A stretch of 64,000 nt of DNA. Origin: Candidatus Poribacteria bacterium (GTDB lineage: Bacteria; Poribacteria; WGA-4E; WGA-3G). Where the stretch lies: contig JAJEJA010000121.1 in NCBI GenBank assembly GCA_022828145.1, positions 1,968-65,967 of the forward strand. Reading direction: 5' to 3'. The notes below the pieces were generated by a model. It had not been told where the DNA came from and searched no databases. It was given only the letters and a program-made list of their open reading frames with translations. This document shows positions 28,780-39,022 of the stretch, piece by piece (within the stretch, counting starts at the first letter, position 1; every line of letters starts with the position of its first letter). The translations under genes were made by a program, and so were the position numbers.

Positions 28780-31700
28780 CTAACTTGGTGTCTCTGAACG
28801 CGCAAGGAGTTCGTTGATATCGTAATTGACGCTATTTGCGCCGAAGTCCGGTTCTTTTTGAAACGGCTCACGGATATAGCGCGGTTCTTTCGCTGTATCG
28901 CCCTCTACTTCAACGATAGCAAGAATAAAACTCTCCGGTTTGTTGAAAGCAGTGAAAATCTGTGTTTTAGAAACGGTAACGTTTGTCGATCCAGGTGATT
29001 TCCCTTTTACTTCAATGAACAGTAGACTGTTATTATTTGGATCTTTTGACTCAATATCATAGCCTGGGTTATGATGTGGCATCTCTATTGGTCCCCGTCC
29101 AAGTTTCTGTTCCGCTTCCATTACTGCAGCGACTGCAAGTTTATCAATCCTTTCTCGGTCTGCTTGTGCAATCAGAACCGTACTGTCAGTGTTGCTTTCG
29201 GTGGTCTCCAAAAGCGTTTGCGGTACGATGAGTGTGCCCCCAATGACATTTGGTGCCATCGGGGACATATGCTGTTCCTGATCTAATTCTTCCATACGTT
29301 TTCCAAGCCGTTCCTCCAACTCGTTGGCACGCCTTTGTGCTTGGTCTGCGTTGATTTTTGCCATCGGTTTTCCGGCTTCTTCCTGGCGTTTCAAATGGCT
29401 TGCCCGATTATCCCAGTAAATAATTTCCTTCGTGAGTCGTTCATGAACCGCTCGTCTTGTTTTCTCCACCAATTCATCTTTATGCTTCTTTACTTCGTCA
29501 AGGTGTTGTGGAATAAGGTGTTCTGCCGCATAGGCAATAATCCGAGATTCTAATTCCTCACCGTTCTGTAGCCATTCTGCTTCGCGTAATGTAGATACCT
29601 GTGATTGTTCTTCATCAGTGATTGATCGATAATCCAAGTAGGGGGCATATCCGGGTGTTTTTACCGTTCCATCCATATAGATTTCTACGAACTGCATCTG
29701 ACGTGAAACTGTTAGTCTATTTCCATCTTTAAGAGTTCGTCCATCTTGGATTGCATGTTCAAGGTAGAAGAGGACACGAATCTGATCATCAGTTGCATTT
29801 GGATCAACCAAAACCGTTCCCTGTTTAAGCAGTGGACGGTGTTGTTCCAGGACTAAATCAAGTGTTGCATCAAGCAGTGAATGACCGGGACAGACAAATT
29901 CTGCCAAAGGTTTCCCCGGAACAGTAATATGATCTTTTTCAAAGGTAATACGTTCATACTGTTTTAGGACTGGTGTACCGACACCAATTGCAACGTCTCG
30001 TTTACGGATTATCGCGGGAACGTTGCGAATTTGATAACGTTTAGACTCGCGTTCACGCAGTGTTCCACCGAGTTGTGTGAACGCTTCTCGGAAGAACGAA
30101 GCGATAAAGTGTGGTTGCAAACGTTTCGCTTCTGCACGCTCCATATCTTCACGGATATCATTGAGACGGCTGGTATCAATTGTTCCATGAACCAAACTAT
30201 TTTCTCTGATTAAGCCTTGGATATGATCGTGGTCTAATGCCCCGTCAATTACTTCCGTTAATCGTGCTTTAACTTTCGGGTCGTCTCCTTCTCGGATAGC
30301 TCGAATGAGAAGTCTCCTCAGCGGTTCATCGGTAAAACATTTCCCTAACACATCAAAAACAGCACCCCCTAAGGAGCTGCGCTGTTGATTAAGTTTGTGA
30401 AGTAAGGTGTTGAACACTTCTCCCTCTCGCGTTTTTGGTGCAACGAGATTCCAGAGATGACACACCTCAGTCTGCCCGATTCTGTGAATCCTCCCGAACC
30501 TTTGTTCAATGCGGTTTGGGTTCCATGGTAGGTCATAGTTTACCATCAAGTGTGCCCGTTGAAGGTTTATACCCTCGCCAGCAGCATCGGTAGCGATTAG
30601 GATTTGCACATTCGGGTCCTGTGTAAATGCTTCTTGTGCTTCTTGACGTTTTTTCCGTTGCATACTGCCATAAATCGTGACAACGGCTTCGGGACGACCT
30701 ATCAACGTATGAATTTTATCAGTTAGATATTGAAGTGTATCGCGATGTTCAGTGAAGATAATAAGTTTACGACGGTGCCCTTCTGCGTTAAATAATTTGC
30801 CAGATTCAGAGGCATTACCTTCTTTTTGTAAGAGATTAGATAGTTCTTCCCATTTTTTGTCGGTATTACTATTACGGACCTCTTGTGCTAATTTTTCTAA
30901 ACGGGCAAGTGTCTGTATCTCCGCTTCAAGTTCAGAGATTGTTCGGGCAGCTGATGCTTGTGCTATGACTTCTTCCTCTATTGATTCTACTTCTTCAGCA
31001 GTCGCCTCATCATAAAAGTTGTCTACCTCCTCTGAGTCTGTTGGCGCATCACTGTCTATTGGTGTATCTAAGCGGATTGAAGTATCAGATCTGTTATTTT
31101 TTTCTTCCAGTAGTCTATCCTCTAATCGTTCCCTGCGGCGTTGAATAGATCGGTAGATTGCCTCTGGCGATGAAGCTAAGCGTCGTTGTAAGATAGTGAG
31201 AGCAAATCCGACTCGGTTTCCGCGTTGCCCTTCAATATTATCAGCACGGTTCATCTCTTCACGGACATAATTGGTAACCTCTTCATATAGATGTGCTTCT
31301 AATTCAGAGAGCTCGTAGTTGAGAGTTGAGGCGTAACGTTCTGGGAATAAACGCGTTCCATCAAATTTTAGCAGATCCTCTTTAACCATTCGGCGCATCA
31401 GATCGGAGGTGTCCACAGGGTTAACACCCCCTCGAAAACGTCCCTCAAATCGATCAGCATCCAGTAACGCCATGAACAGTTGGAAATCTTCTTCTTTACC
31501 ATTATGGGGTGTGGCAGTTAACAATAAAAAGTGGCGTGTGATTTTCCCGAGCAGTTGTCCGAGTCGGTAACGTTTCGTAGCATGTACGTCCCCTCCAAAA
31601 AAGGAAGCTGACATCTTGTGTGCTTCATCACAAACGATAATGTCCCAATCTGTGTGCTTTAACTTTTCTTGAATATCATCGTTTCGGCTGAGTTGATCAA

Positions 31701-32316
31701 GTCGGCAGATAAATAAGTTATGTTCTTGGAATGGATTTCCTGTACGTGAGCTGTTAATTCTTTCACGGGTAAGGATTTCAAAAGGGAGGTGGAATCGTTG
31801 GTCAAGTTCACTTTGCCATTGCTCCACAAGGCTACCAGGGCATACAATTAGGCAACGTTTTAAATCGCCCCGTACGAGAAGTTCCTTGAGATATAAGCCT
31901 GTCATAATCGTTTTGCCTGCTCCCGGATCATCAGCAAGCAGATAGCGTAAGGGTTGACGCGGTAGCATTTCTTCATAGACTGCGGTAATCTGATGTGGCA
32001 ATGGGTCTACGCTTGACGTATGGACTGCAAGCCGTATATCAAAGAGATGTGCCAATTGGATTCGGTAAGCCTCAGACGCGAGGCGGAACATTTCTCCGTC
32101 TCCATCAAAACTCCACGGAAGTCCGGCAGTAACAATTTCAAGTGAGGATTCGCTGGCTCGGTAAATCAACTCACTGCCAAGCGTGCCATCCGCTTTTTTA
32201 TAGGTAAGTTCTATTCCAATTGTACCTAACCATTTCACTGCAACGACAGTTACCTGTTGGTTAGGTAATATTCCTTTTACGATACAACCTTGTTTAAGTT
32301 CTTCTAAGTGCGCCAA
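28780..32316 (-). CDS. SNF2/DEAD-like superfamily-2 helicase (1178 aa) with an N-terminal extension and a C-terminal DUF3883-like domain
   Basis: Motif I LLADDPGAGKT. Motif II DEAH (IVCDEAHKM). Motifs V/VI ILIATDAAGEGINLQ / NPNRIEQRFGRIHRIGQ. The C-terminal about 120 aa (FIEVKGKS...ILAIVEV) is typical of DUF3883 helicase tails. Confidence 0.85.
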   Translation of the reverse strand: MAHLEELKQGCIVKGILPNQQVTVVAVKWLGTIGIELTYKKADGTLGSELIYRASESSLEIVTAGLPWSFDGDGEMFRLASEAYRIQLAHLFDIRLAVHTSSVDPLPHQITAVYEEMLPRQPLRYLLADDPGAGKTIMTGLYLKELLVRGDLKRCLIVCPGSLVEQWQSELDQRFHLPFEILTRERINSSRTGNPFQEHNLFICRLDQLSRNDDIQEKLKHTDWDIIVCDEAHKMSASFFGGDVHATKRYRLGQLLGKITRHFLLLTATPHNGKEEDFQLFMALLDADRFEGRFRGGVNPVDTSDLMRRMVKEDLLKFDGTRLFPERYASTLNYELSELEAHLYEEVTNYVREEMNRADNIEGQRGNRVGFALTILQRRLASSPEAIYRSIQRRRERLEDRLLEEKNNRSDTSIRLDTPIDSDAPTDSEEVDNFYDEATAEEVESIEEEVIAQASAARTISELEAEIQTLARLEKLAQEVRNSNTDKKWEELSNLLQKEGNASESGKLFNAEGHRRKLIIFTEHRDTLQYLTDKIHTLIGRPEAVVTIYGSMQRKKRQEAQEAFTQDPNVQILIATDAAGEGINLQRAHLMVNYDLPWNPNRIEQRFGRIHRIGQTEVCHLWNLVAPKTREGEVFNTLLHKLNQQRSSLGGAVFDVLGKCFTDEPLRRLLIRAIREGDDPKVKARLTEVIDGALDHDHIQGLIRENSLVHGTIDTSRLNDIREDMERAEAKRLQPHFIASFFREAFTQLGGTLRERESKRYQIRNVPAIIRKRDVAIGVGTPVLKQYERITFEKDHITVPGKPLAEFVCPGHSLLDATLDLVLEQHRPLLKQGTVLVDPNATDDQIRVLFYLEHAIQDGRTLKDGNRLTVSRQMQFVEIYMDGTVKTPGYAPYLDYRSITDEEQSQVSTLREAEWLQNGEELESRIIAYAAEHLIPQHLDEVKKHKDELVEKTRRAVHERLTKEIIYWDNRASHLKRQEEAGKPMAKINADQAQRRANELEERLGKRMEELDQEQHMSPMAPNVIGGTLIVPQTLLETTESNTDSTVLIAQADRERIDKLAVAAVMEAEQKLGRGPIEMPHHNPGYDIESKDPNNNSLLFIEVKGKSPGSTNVTVSKTQIFTAFNKPESFILAIVEVEGDTAKEPRYIREPFQKEPDFGANSVNYDINELLARSETPS

Positions 32317-32722
32317 GTGATTTTCCTTCTATGCTAATTCTTGTATATGTTTAGAGTCTTATGTTGACTATATTACCACATTTTAAAGTGAAAAGTCAAG
32401 TTGAGATGGTCAAAAGCCATAGGCATTCAGTTTTCGGTTTTTGAGCATTTTTGCAGAGGTCTCGCGAGCACGGGGAAATTGAAGAAACACCCAAGCAAAA
32501 CCCTCGTTCCTACAGCGAAGAAACCTAAAGCAGAAAAATGAAAGTATTGGAGAATTGAATTCCCTGCTTGCCTTGGCTTGAGGAGGTCACTGGCAAAATT
32601 GTGGCAAGTCTGTTATTATGTAATCGAGTGTTATATCGAACTTTCAGCAAACTTATCCGCACCGAAAAAATGGGTGTGAAACAGGTTTGAAAAAGAACAC
32701 ATTCTGATGAATCAGCGATATC

Positions 32723-34243
32723 ATGGAGGAACTAACTATGGCTATAGGTATTTTCCTACACTATCCCAATGCCGGTTATCTTGAAGAAGCACGAAACGTT
32801 CTGAATGGACTTAAGTTAGACATTCAGGAAATCAAAGCAGATTATGAAACTGTTTCAAACCTTGTTCCTTACACCTTACAACGTGGTGCTGAGTCTTGGT
32901 TGATACTTTTCGCCCCTGATTACCAACGAGATTTACTGATTTTACCTTTTCCTGATAAATCTTCAGAAGTGCAAGAAGGGTTTCTGGGATCTATTATTGA
33001 GGAACTGCCAAGGGTAATTGACATGTTTTTATCTCGAAACTTTAGATTTTCTTTGGACTGGAATAGACGATTTCAGTACGTTCACATTGATGTCTCCGTT
33101 TATTCCTTGCTAAATTCCAGAAGGGGACAGCAGCAAGATCGGCAGACTCCCCAACAAATCGTTCATTTTTGTCAGGCAACAAGTCAAAACATTCAAACAG
33201 AGCGTAATAAAGCGTGGCGTAGGGCACAAGAGAAAGGAAATCCCATTGTTCTTGATCAATTTGACAAGGTGCTGGAAACAGCAAATCATAAAATCTTCGA
33301 ACGCATAATTGCTCAAGGATCTAAAAAAGTCGTGCCAGAAATCGTTAATATTTTTGAGGATATTATGGATCCTGAAACAAAGCGTTTCTTAATCACAACT
33401 GAAACAGTAAGTGCCTTTGTAGATAAACACCTACCTCCTAATTTTGACTATTCTGCGCCGGGATGTGGTCTTTGGAAAGCTGTAGAACGCGAACTGAATC
33501 TTTCACTCGTGTTGCATTTGCGTAGGGAGGCTGGGGTAGTGAAGAATGTTTATTACCCGTGGAAGGGAAGTAAACAAGGAAAAATTCCAATTTTAACAGG
33601 GGAAAACCGCAGCGTAGATCTCAATAAAGATTCAAAAAATCCCGATAGTATTATGCTTGGTCCTATGACAAGTTTGCTTGAATGGGGACATTGTAATACC
33701 GTCAGAGAGAAATTGGAAAATCTTTTTTTCGCTTTCGACTTCGACTTTGACTTTCTACTACAGTATCTTCTTGGTCAACACGCTGGTGCAGGTGGGAGTG
33801 CGAAAAAAGATACCCTCCCTGAGTTTTTGGATAAAATAAGAAAATTAAGAAACGGTCATGCCCACATATCAGCTATGTCCCGGCAAGAATTTGGGACACT
33901 TCGTAATCTTGTTCTTGCTTCAAAGCACGGGGCAACAAGTTCATGCTTGCATGGAATTCTCCTGTTGAAAGCACTTGTGCTTTTATATTGGGGACAATCT
34001 GATTTTCCTACTAAGATAACAACTGAAGATAAACAAGTCGTAGAGTTTAAGAACTACAATAATACGTTTACCCGCGGCGATGGATCAAACTGGAAACTTG
34101 TCGCGATACATGGAGATGGTTCTGAGCTCTGCATCGCTACATTTGACACAAAAGACGATGCAGAAGCCGTCCGTAAAGAACTTGATAAAGCCGCTGGTAC
34201 TGAAAAAGAATGGGATGTCAATAGGTTCAAAGAGAAAATGTAA
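32723..34243 (+). CDS. Hypothetical 506-aa protein, divergent from the helicase operon. The C-terminal region has a possible HEPN-like Rx5H motif (RKLRNGHAH).
   Basis: ORF with a FDFDFDF segment and RKLRNGHAHIS. The HEPN assignment is speculative and rests on motif spacing only. Confidence 0.5.
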   Translation: MEELTMAIGIFLHYPNAGYLEEARNVLNGLKLDIQEIKADYETVSNLVPYTLQRGAESWLILFAPDYQRDLLILPFPDKSSEVQEGFLGSIIEELPRVIDMFLSRNFRFSLDWNRRFQYVHIDVSVYSLLNSRRGQQQDRQTPQQIVHFCQATSQNIQTERNKAWRRAQEKGNPIVLDQFDKVLETANHKIFERIIAQGSKKVVPEIVNIFEDIMDPETKRFLITTETVSAFVDKHLPPNFDYSAPGCGLWKAVERELNLSLVLHLRREAGVVKNVYYPWKGSKQGKIPILTGENRSVDLNKDSKNPDSIMLGPMTSLLEWGHCNTVREKLENLFFAFDFDFDFLLQYLLGQHAGAGGSAKKDTLPEFLDKIRKLRNGHAHISAMSRQEFGTLRNLVLASKHGATSSCLHGILLLKALVLLYWGQSDFPTKITTEDKQVVEFKNYNNTFTRGDGSNWKLVAIHGDGSELCIATFDTKDDAEAVRKELDKAAGTEKEWDVNRFKEKM

Positions 34244-34418
34244 ACAGACCGTTAAACGAGCACCATTTATGCAATTGATTCATGATGAAAACCTTGTTGT
34301 ACAAGTTCCGTAGATGCGTCTGTCCAAACAGTTCGCTCATTTTTTGCAGCCGTGATTGCCTATGCTCTCGTAGGTTCTGGTACCTTCACCGGGTAACGGA
34401 CATCAGTCACCCAATCGG

Positions 34419-34796
34419 TTAATTGCGATAGGTTTGGATGCGCGGTTTTGGAGTGCCAACCATAGGTGGCAAATTCCATGTTGTTTGCATAGAGTATTTT
34501 CCTTCTTGTTGGGCATAGCGCAACACCGAGCCGATCCGTGTGCGGTGGTGTTCCAGTTCTTCCGGTGTTGTGACAACGATGTCCTTCGCTACAGGTAAAT
34601 CAGCCAAGGCTACGCGGATGTCAACAGCCGTATTCCGCTTATCCTTATCTGTGAGCTCCTCAAAAACGATAAGCAAATCTATGGCACTATGCCGATCAGC
34701 ATCCCCTCGTGCTTGTGAACCGAAGAGAATAATCTGAAGCGGGTCAAATTCACGGACTATACGCTCTGTCATGATTGAGATAAAATTGTTATTCAT
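34419..34796 (-). CDS. Minimal nucleotidyltransferase (MNT, Pol-beta superfamily; MntA/AbiEi-like antitoxin-type). The longest ORF extends to 34895, but the likely start is M at 34796 or 34772.
   Basis: GS-x9-D-x-D signature: ILFGSQARGDADRHSAIDLLIVF. No HEPN partner ORF is found downstream on the same strand. Confidence 0.7.
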   Translation of the reverse strand: MNNNFISIMTERIVREFDPLQIILFGSQARGDADRHSAIDLLIVFEELTDKDKRNTAVDIRVALADLPVAKDIVVTTPEELEHHRTRIGSVLRYAQQEGKYSMQTTWNLPPMVGTPKPRIQTYRN

Positions 34797-34856
34797 TAAC
34801 AGGGGGTTTGAAAACAGTGGGGTTTGAAAAATTGGGTTGGATAGAAGCGTATACCC

Positions 34857-34891
34857 TATCAAAATCATGACGAATACGCGTTTGGTATTCG
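34857..34891. promoter_or_regulatory. Perfect 13-bp inverted repeat (tcatgacgaatac-N7-gtattcgtcatga) upstream of the MNT gene. Candidate autoregulatory operator.
   Basis: Palindrome read directly. The position is 5' of the MNT start on the minus strand. Confidence 0.4.
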
Positions 34892-34974
34892 TCATGATTT
34901 TGCGGGTGTTACTTCAATCTACCCGACCTATAAGGTAAGAGTAGACTATCTATGAATGTGATCAACAGATTCAA

Positions 34975-37074
34975 TTAGAAACTTTGTCGACCTGTTGCTG
35001 TGTTCTGTGCTCTATCGGATACACGTATCGTTATACTGTGTGCACCTTCAGGTAGCTTCGTCGTATGCAATAGCAGTTGTTCTTCTTTAGAGTCAAAAAT
35101 ACCATCTTCTGGGAAGATTACTCTCCACTGTTCGTCATTGTCTATCTTGTAGACAGCTCTCTGGACAGTGTTCATTGCATCGGAGACTTTGCATGTAATC
35201 TTGAAAGTGCCATCGTCCTGTTCTTCAACGTTTATTTCTCCGACTTCAGGGTCTGTATTGTCCACGCTGACTGGGGCACTGACTTTATCTACAGTTTTTT
35301 CCCATCCGACTGGATTACTGAGTTTATCCGTAGCAACAACCTTGACTTCATACTTCCCATCAGCGATTGATGTAATGTCCCAATCATAACTGGGGGCATT
35401 AAGTTCTTTTTTTAGAAGTTTCCAGTTCTCTTCGTCAACTGCTTTATAGTATACCGTAAACTGTAAGGTATCCCTATTTGCATCTGCTACTTTCCACTCA
35501 ATCTTCCATCTTTTGGGGGAAGCTGGCGGAGAGCTCCCTCTACTTGGAGCACCGGGAGGCTGTGGACTTGCCGGACGCTGAGCACTGCTTATACCTGTCC
35601 TAACGGCAACACTGGAGAGAGTTGGTTCAACATTCGTCTGTGCAGACGCAAGTGTGACCTTCTTCAAAATAGGTGCTTTAGCAGTGTCTGTCGTTGTGAA
35701 TTTCGCTCTCCATTGGATATACTGGGCGGCAGCATTGGGTATCTGTGCGCCTTCTGCTGTCGTGAGTTCATCAGACCATTTGTTCCACGTATCATCCGGT
35801 TTACGGGTGTTGCCTGTTCGCGTCGCAAAAGTGAGTGAAGTACCATCTTCAACATCTGCTTCCCACGAGATCTTACCCCAACGGGATAGACTCTGTGCGT
35901 TGTGAACAGAAGATTCAAGTGTGCCTTCCTCAACATAAGAATCGGTCAACGTGAAAAGTTTTCCGGGATTTCCTGCGCCGATAATGGTCTTCATATCATC
36001 TGCGTTTTTGGTTTTAAGTATAGCGACGACGTCCTTTGACTCACACTTACCAACAGAATGGAACTCTCCATCCATCGGATTGACACGATACAGGTTTCCA
36101 TTGCTACCTGTACCTACTAAGATCTGTTCGTCACTTTCCAATACCATTGCATAGATCAAGGGTTCAGGGGAGCTCCAGACGTGAGCAGTTGTACCATCCG
36201 GATGAAGTCTGTAAATTACCGACTTGTTTTCTTGTGGAGGGCCACTGCCGGGTGCTTGCGGATTAGGAATAGTTGGACCTCTATTTGAGCGGGGTGCACC
36301 CCTATCCATAGGCACGGATGTAACAGCAGATGCAAAGACGTTACCTTTGCTATCCATAGCCAAATCCCGAATTTCTTTCTCTCTTGCTTGATAAATCACA
36401 TTAGAGGAGCCATCATTCATGATTTTGTAGATAATCCCATTACCACTACTACCTGCGTATAGTCCACCATCAAAGGCAAGCAGGGATGAGATATTCTTTT
36501 CTTCAGTGTCAAAGAAAACACTTGATTCACCATCGGGTGTTATTTTATATATTTTACCTTCAGTACCCGTAGCAGCATATAGATTCCCTTCACCGTCAAG
36601 ATGTAACGCCCACACATACTTGTCCCCTTTCTTAAGAAGGGTTTTCGGTGGAGTATCTTTATCTGTTATCTTATAGACCAATCCATCGGGACCAGTACCA
36701 GCATAAAGGACATCGTCTGGACCCGCGACAAGACTAAATATCGTAACTTCTGGTGAATCAAAATATAGCGTGATAGTTTTACCATCAGCACTGATTTTAT
36801 AAATTTTACCTTCGTTGCCTGTTCCTGCATAGATATTACCCTCAGAATCTTCAGCGAGTGCCCAAACTTGCGCCTCCTTAAGTTCCGAGAATTCTTCTAC
36901 CTTTTTGGACAAACTGGCATCTCCCTTGCTTGTAACAGAGATATTCTTAATCTCTCCTGCTTCAAATTCTGTTCTATGTTGTTGTTCCCACAACGATGTG
37001 GAGACTGCGGAAGCAAGGCTCACAAAAATCAAGGAGATTGCCATCAGGCTCCAAAAGGAAATCAAACGTCGCAT
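34975..37074 (-). CDS. Secreted protein with an N-terminal multi-blade beta-propeller (repeated G.(I/L)YAGTG..G.IYKI) and C-terminal Ig/FN3-like beta-sandwich domains
   Basis: Signal peptide. At least 6 short propeller-blade repeats. C-terminal beta-rich domains. Confidence 0.6.
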   Translation of the reverse strand: MRRLISFWSLMAISLIFVSLASAVSTSLWEQQHRTEFEAGEIKNISVTSKGDASLSKKVEEFSELKEAQVWALAEDSEGNIYAGTGNEGKIYKISADGKTITLYFDSPEVTIFSLVAGPDDVLYAGTGPDGLVYKITDKDTPPKTLLKKGDKYVWALHLDGEGNLYAATGTEGKIYKITPDGESSVFFDTEEKNISSLLAFDGGLYAGSSGNGIIYKIMNDGSSNVIYQAREKEIRDLAMDSKGNVFASAVTSVPMDRGAPRSNRGPTIPNPQAPGSGPPQENKSVIYRLHPDGTTAHVWSSPEPLIYAMVLESDEQILVGTGSNGNLYRVNPMDGEFHSVGKCESKDVVAILKTKNADDMKTIIGAGNPGKLFTLTDSYVEEGTLESSVHNAQSLSRWGKISWEADVEDGTSLTFATRTGNTRKPDDTWNKWSDELTTAEGAQIPNAAAQYIQWRAKFTTTDTAKAPILKKVTLASAQTNVEPTLSSVAVRTGISSAQRPASPQPPGAPSRGSSPPASPKRWKIEWKVADANRDTLQFTVYYKAVDEENWKLLKKELNAPSYDWDITSIADGKYEVKVVATDKLSNPVGWEKTVDKVSAPVSVDNTDPEVGEINVEEQDDGTFKITCKVSDAMNTVQRAVYKIDNDEQWRVIFPEDGIFDSKEEQLLLHTTKLPEGAHSITIRVSDRAQNTATGRQSF

Positions 37075-37132
37075 TATACTTATCCTCCTGTTAAATGCGC
37101 ATAAAAATAATACATACTAATTCCAATATAGG

Positions 37133-39022
37133 TTATTGTACATTTCTATTGACTGCAATCGGCACTGTTACACTTCCACTCAGGATGTATTCCGTTTCAA
37201 CTCTATTGGTCTCTAATGCCGTACCGTTGGTATACCCTCTTTCACCTAAACGCGTAGCGGTATTCATGACAGACATAACTGAGATTGGCAGATCCGAGAA
37301 CTCTTCACCTTGAACAGTTAAACCCGGTCTCGGAGCAGAAATCTCAAGAACAAGATTCGTGTTCGGTTCAACCTGTTGAATTAACTTCACCAACTGATTA
37401 ACATTTTTCGGACTAAAGCTCCCCGGCGCACGAGAACGTTGCCAGGAACGATAGGAACTGGCACTCATCACACGCAGCAATACGATACCGTCAGGTGTAT
37501 CCTTAGGAACTGTAATCGATCCCGTTAATGTCTTTAGTTGTTCAAGGTAGGGCCGGACAGTCAACGTCATCGTCACCTTTTCACCCGGTCGATACACGTT
37601 CTTATCAAGTTGAGCGGTACGGATTTGTGCAGTATTCCGCTTGTCTTGGATTTTTATGTCAAAGTCTATGGAATCAATTCTTAATTTAGCAAAAGGGTTC
37701 GTTACGATGTCTCCTACAGCACCCGAAATCAATCGGGTCACATTAAAGCCTGGAGAACCGCTTGAAGAATTGATGTTTTCTAAGACGATCTCACGCGTAT
37801 CCAAATCAGGATGTTCCGCAAGTTTTATGGTAGCTTTTGCATTTACGGTATTGTCACCGAAACCGAATTCCATTGCGTTAACGATATTTGAGATAGCAAT
37901 TCCGGTATAGATTGGTGTGTAGAAAGGTTCACGGACAACTTCATAATAAGCGTCCCGCACTTTTTTATCGGAGGTCTGCACTTTTGCTGTAACGGGAACA
38001 TAGTGATGGGTATTAGGAAGTTTTTTCACCAAACCTGCAATTGCAGGAACACGATCTTGTACTAAAGTACCTATCGGTTGTGTTGCTGATGCAATTTTAC
38101 TGGAACGGGCTCGACTCGGTAGAATAAAATGGACATAACCACCGGAAAGTGGTAAGTTAACATTTCCTTCGCCATCTGCTGGATGTCCATAAGCAAGCAC
38201 TTCTTTTTTGTTCTTATCAATGTAAGTGATGGTTCCATAACCGAAAACAGAATAGTCACCACGGACATACTCAGTTCCGATGATTTGTCCCTCTTCAACG
38301 GGTGATTTTTTTACAGGACCGCCACCACCCGCAGCCTGTACAGGCATCATATTCGATCGCCGTAGTACCGGTTCTAACATCTTTAATGTTACTGGGTCAA
38401 GACTTGGCAGTGAGATTGGAATTGCCAATTGTAAAGAATACGAATTCGGGTTAAATCCGGGGATGGTGTTATGGATGCTATCACTGTTCTTTGAATGCCG
38501 CATGCCTAATTCACGATGAGTGGGGAGTGAAGGTACCATATTAAGACCTTCGGATGCATACTCAGAATTTTGGTTGAAGTATTTCGCGCCGGCATATCTC
38601 AAATTCGGTTTCATACCGCGATCTGTAACTTTAACCATTAATTCTATGGGTGTAATCCCGAACAGGTTTGATTTTTCACGTTGGTTGAAATACCCCAGTG
38701 AAATTGCCCCCATGAGTCTACCATCTACGTAACATGGACTTCCACTCATACCCCCCGCGACACCTGTGCGTTTGAAGTTCTCACTTGTTCCTTCTGCCCA
38801 TACCACATCCCAACCGGGGGTAGAGTTATATTCAATGCTTATGATTTCATACTCAAACTCTTCTGCCTCTGTACCAAAGAATACGGTGTATCCTTTACCT
38901 TTCATCCCGGCTTTGATATCGGAAACTGGCATAAACTTTTCAACGTCCCATTCTATCTGTGCATTCGTGCTTAGTGCAGCAAAGCAGAAAACTACAAGTG
39001 CACAAAGAAAAACTTTTTTCAC
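37133..39022 (-). CDS. Secreted putative trypsin-fold serine peptidase (S55/SpoIVB-like GMSGSP active-site motif)
   Basis: Signal peptide MKKVFLCALVVFCFAALSTNAQ. GVAGGMSGSPCYVDGRLMG resembles the GDSGGP-type catalytic Ser motif. Family assignment is tentative. Confidence 0.45.
   Translation of the reverse strand: MKKVFLCALVVFCFAALSTNAQIEWDVEKFMPVSDIKAGMKGKGYTVFFGTEAEEFEYEIISIEYNSTPGWDVVWAEGTSENFKRTGVAGGMSGSPCYVDGRLMGAISLGYFNQREKSNLFGITPIELMVKVTDRGMKPNLRYAGAKYFNQNSEYASEGLNMVPSLPTHRELGMRHSKNSDSIHNTIPGFNPNSYSLQLAIPISLPSLDPVTLKMLEPVLRRSNMMPVQAAGGGGPVKKSPVEEGQIIGTEYVRGDYSVFGYGTITYIDKNKKEVLAYGHPADGEGNVNLPLSGGYVHFILPSRARSSKIASATQPIGTLVQDRVPAIAGLVKKLPNTHHYVPVTAKVQTSDKKVRDAYYEVVREPFYTPIYTGIAISNIVNAMEFGFGDNTVNAKATIKLAEHPDLDTREIVLENINSSSGSPGFNVTRLISGAVGDIVTNPFAKLRIDSIDFDIKIQDKRNTAQIRTAQLDKNVYRPGEKVTMTLTVRPYLEQLKTLTGSITVPKDTPDGIVLLRVMSASSYRSWQRSRAPGSFSPKNVNQLVKLIQQVEPNTNLVLEISAPRPGLTVQGEEFSDLPISVMSVMNTATRLGERGYTNGTALETNRVETEYILSGSVTVPIAVNRNVQ

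Noticed and set aside
22215-32316. Classifying the defense operon as BREX or DISARM
   Set aside because: No PglZ phosphatase, BrxL/Lon, DrmA/B (DUF1998) or PLD nuclease genes are present. The GHPTTLHLWWARRP motif and Zn-ribbon point to the DUF1156/DUF499 system instead.
34080-34419. Search for a HEPN toxin gene downstream of the MNT on the minus strand
   Set aside because: Manual translation of the minus strand below 34419 gives only short ORFs that run into the 3' end of the convergent 506-aa gene. There is no room for a HEPN partner there.
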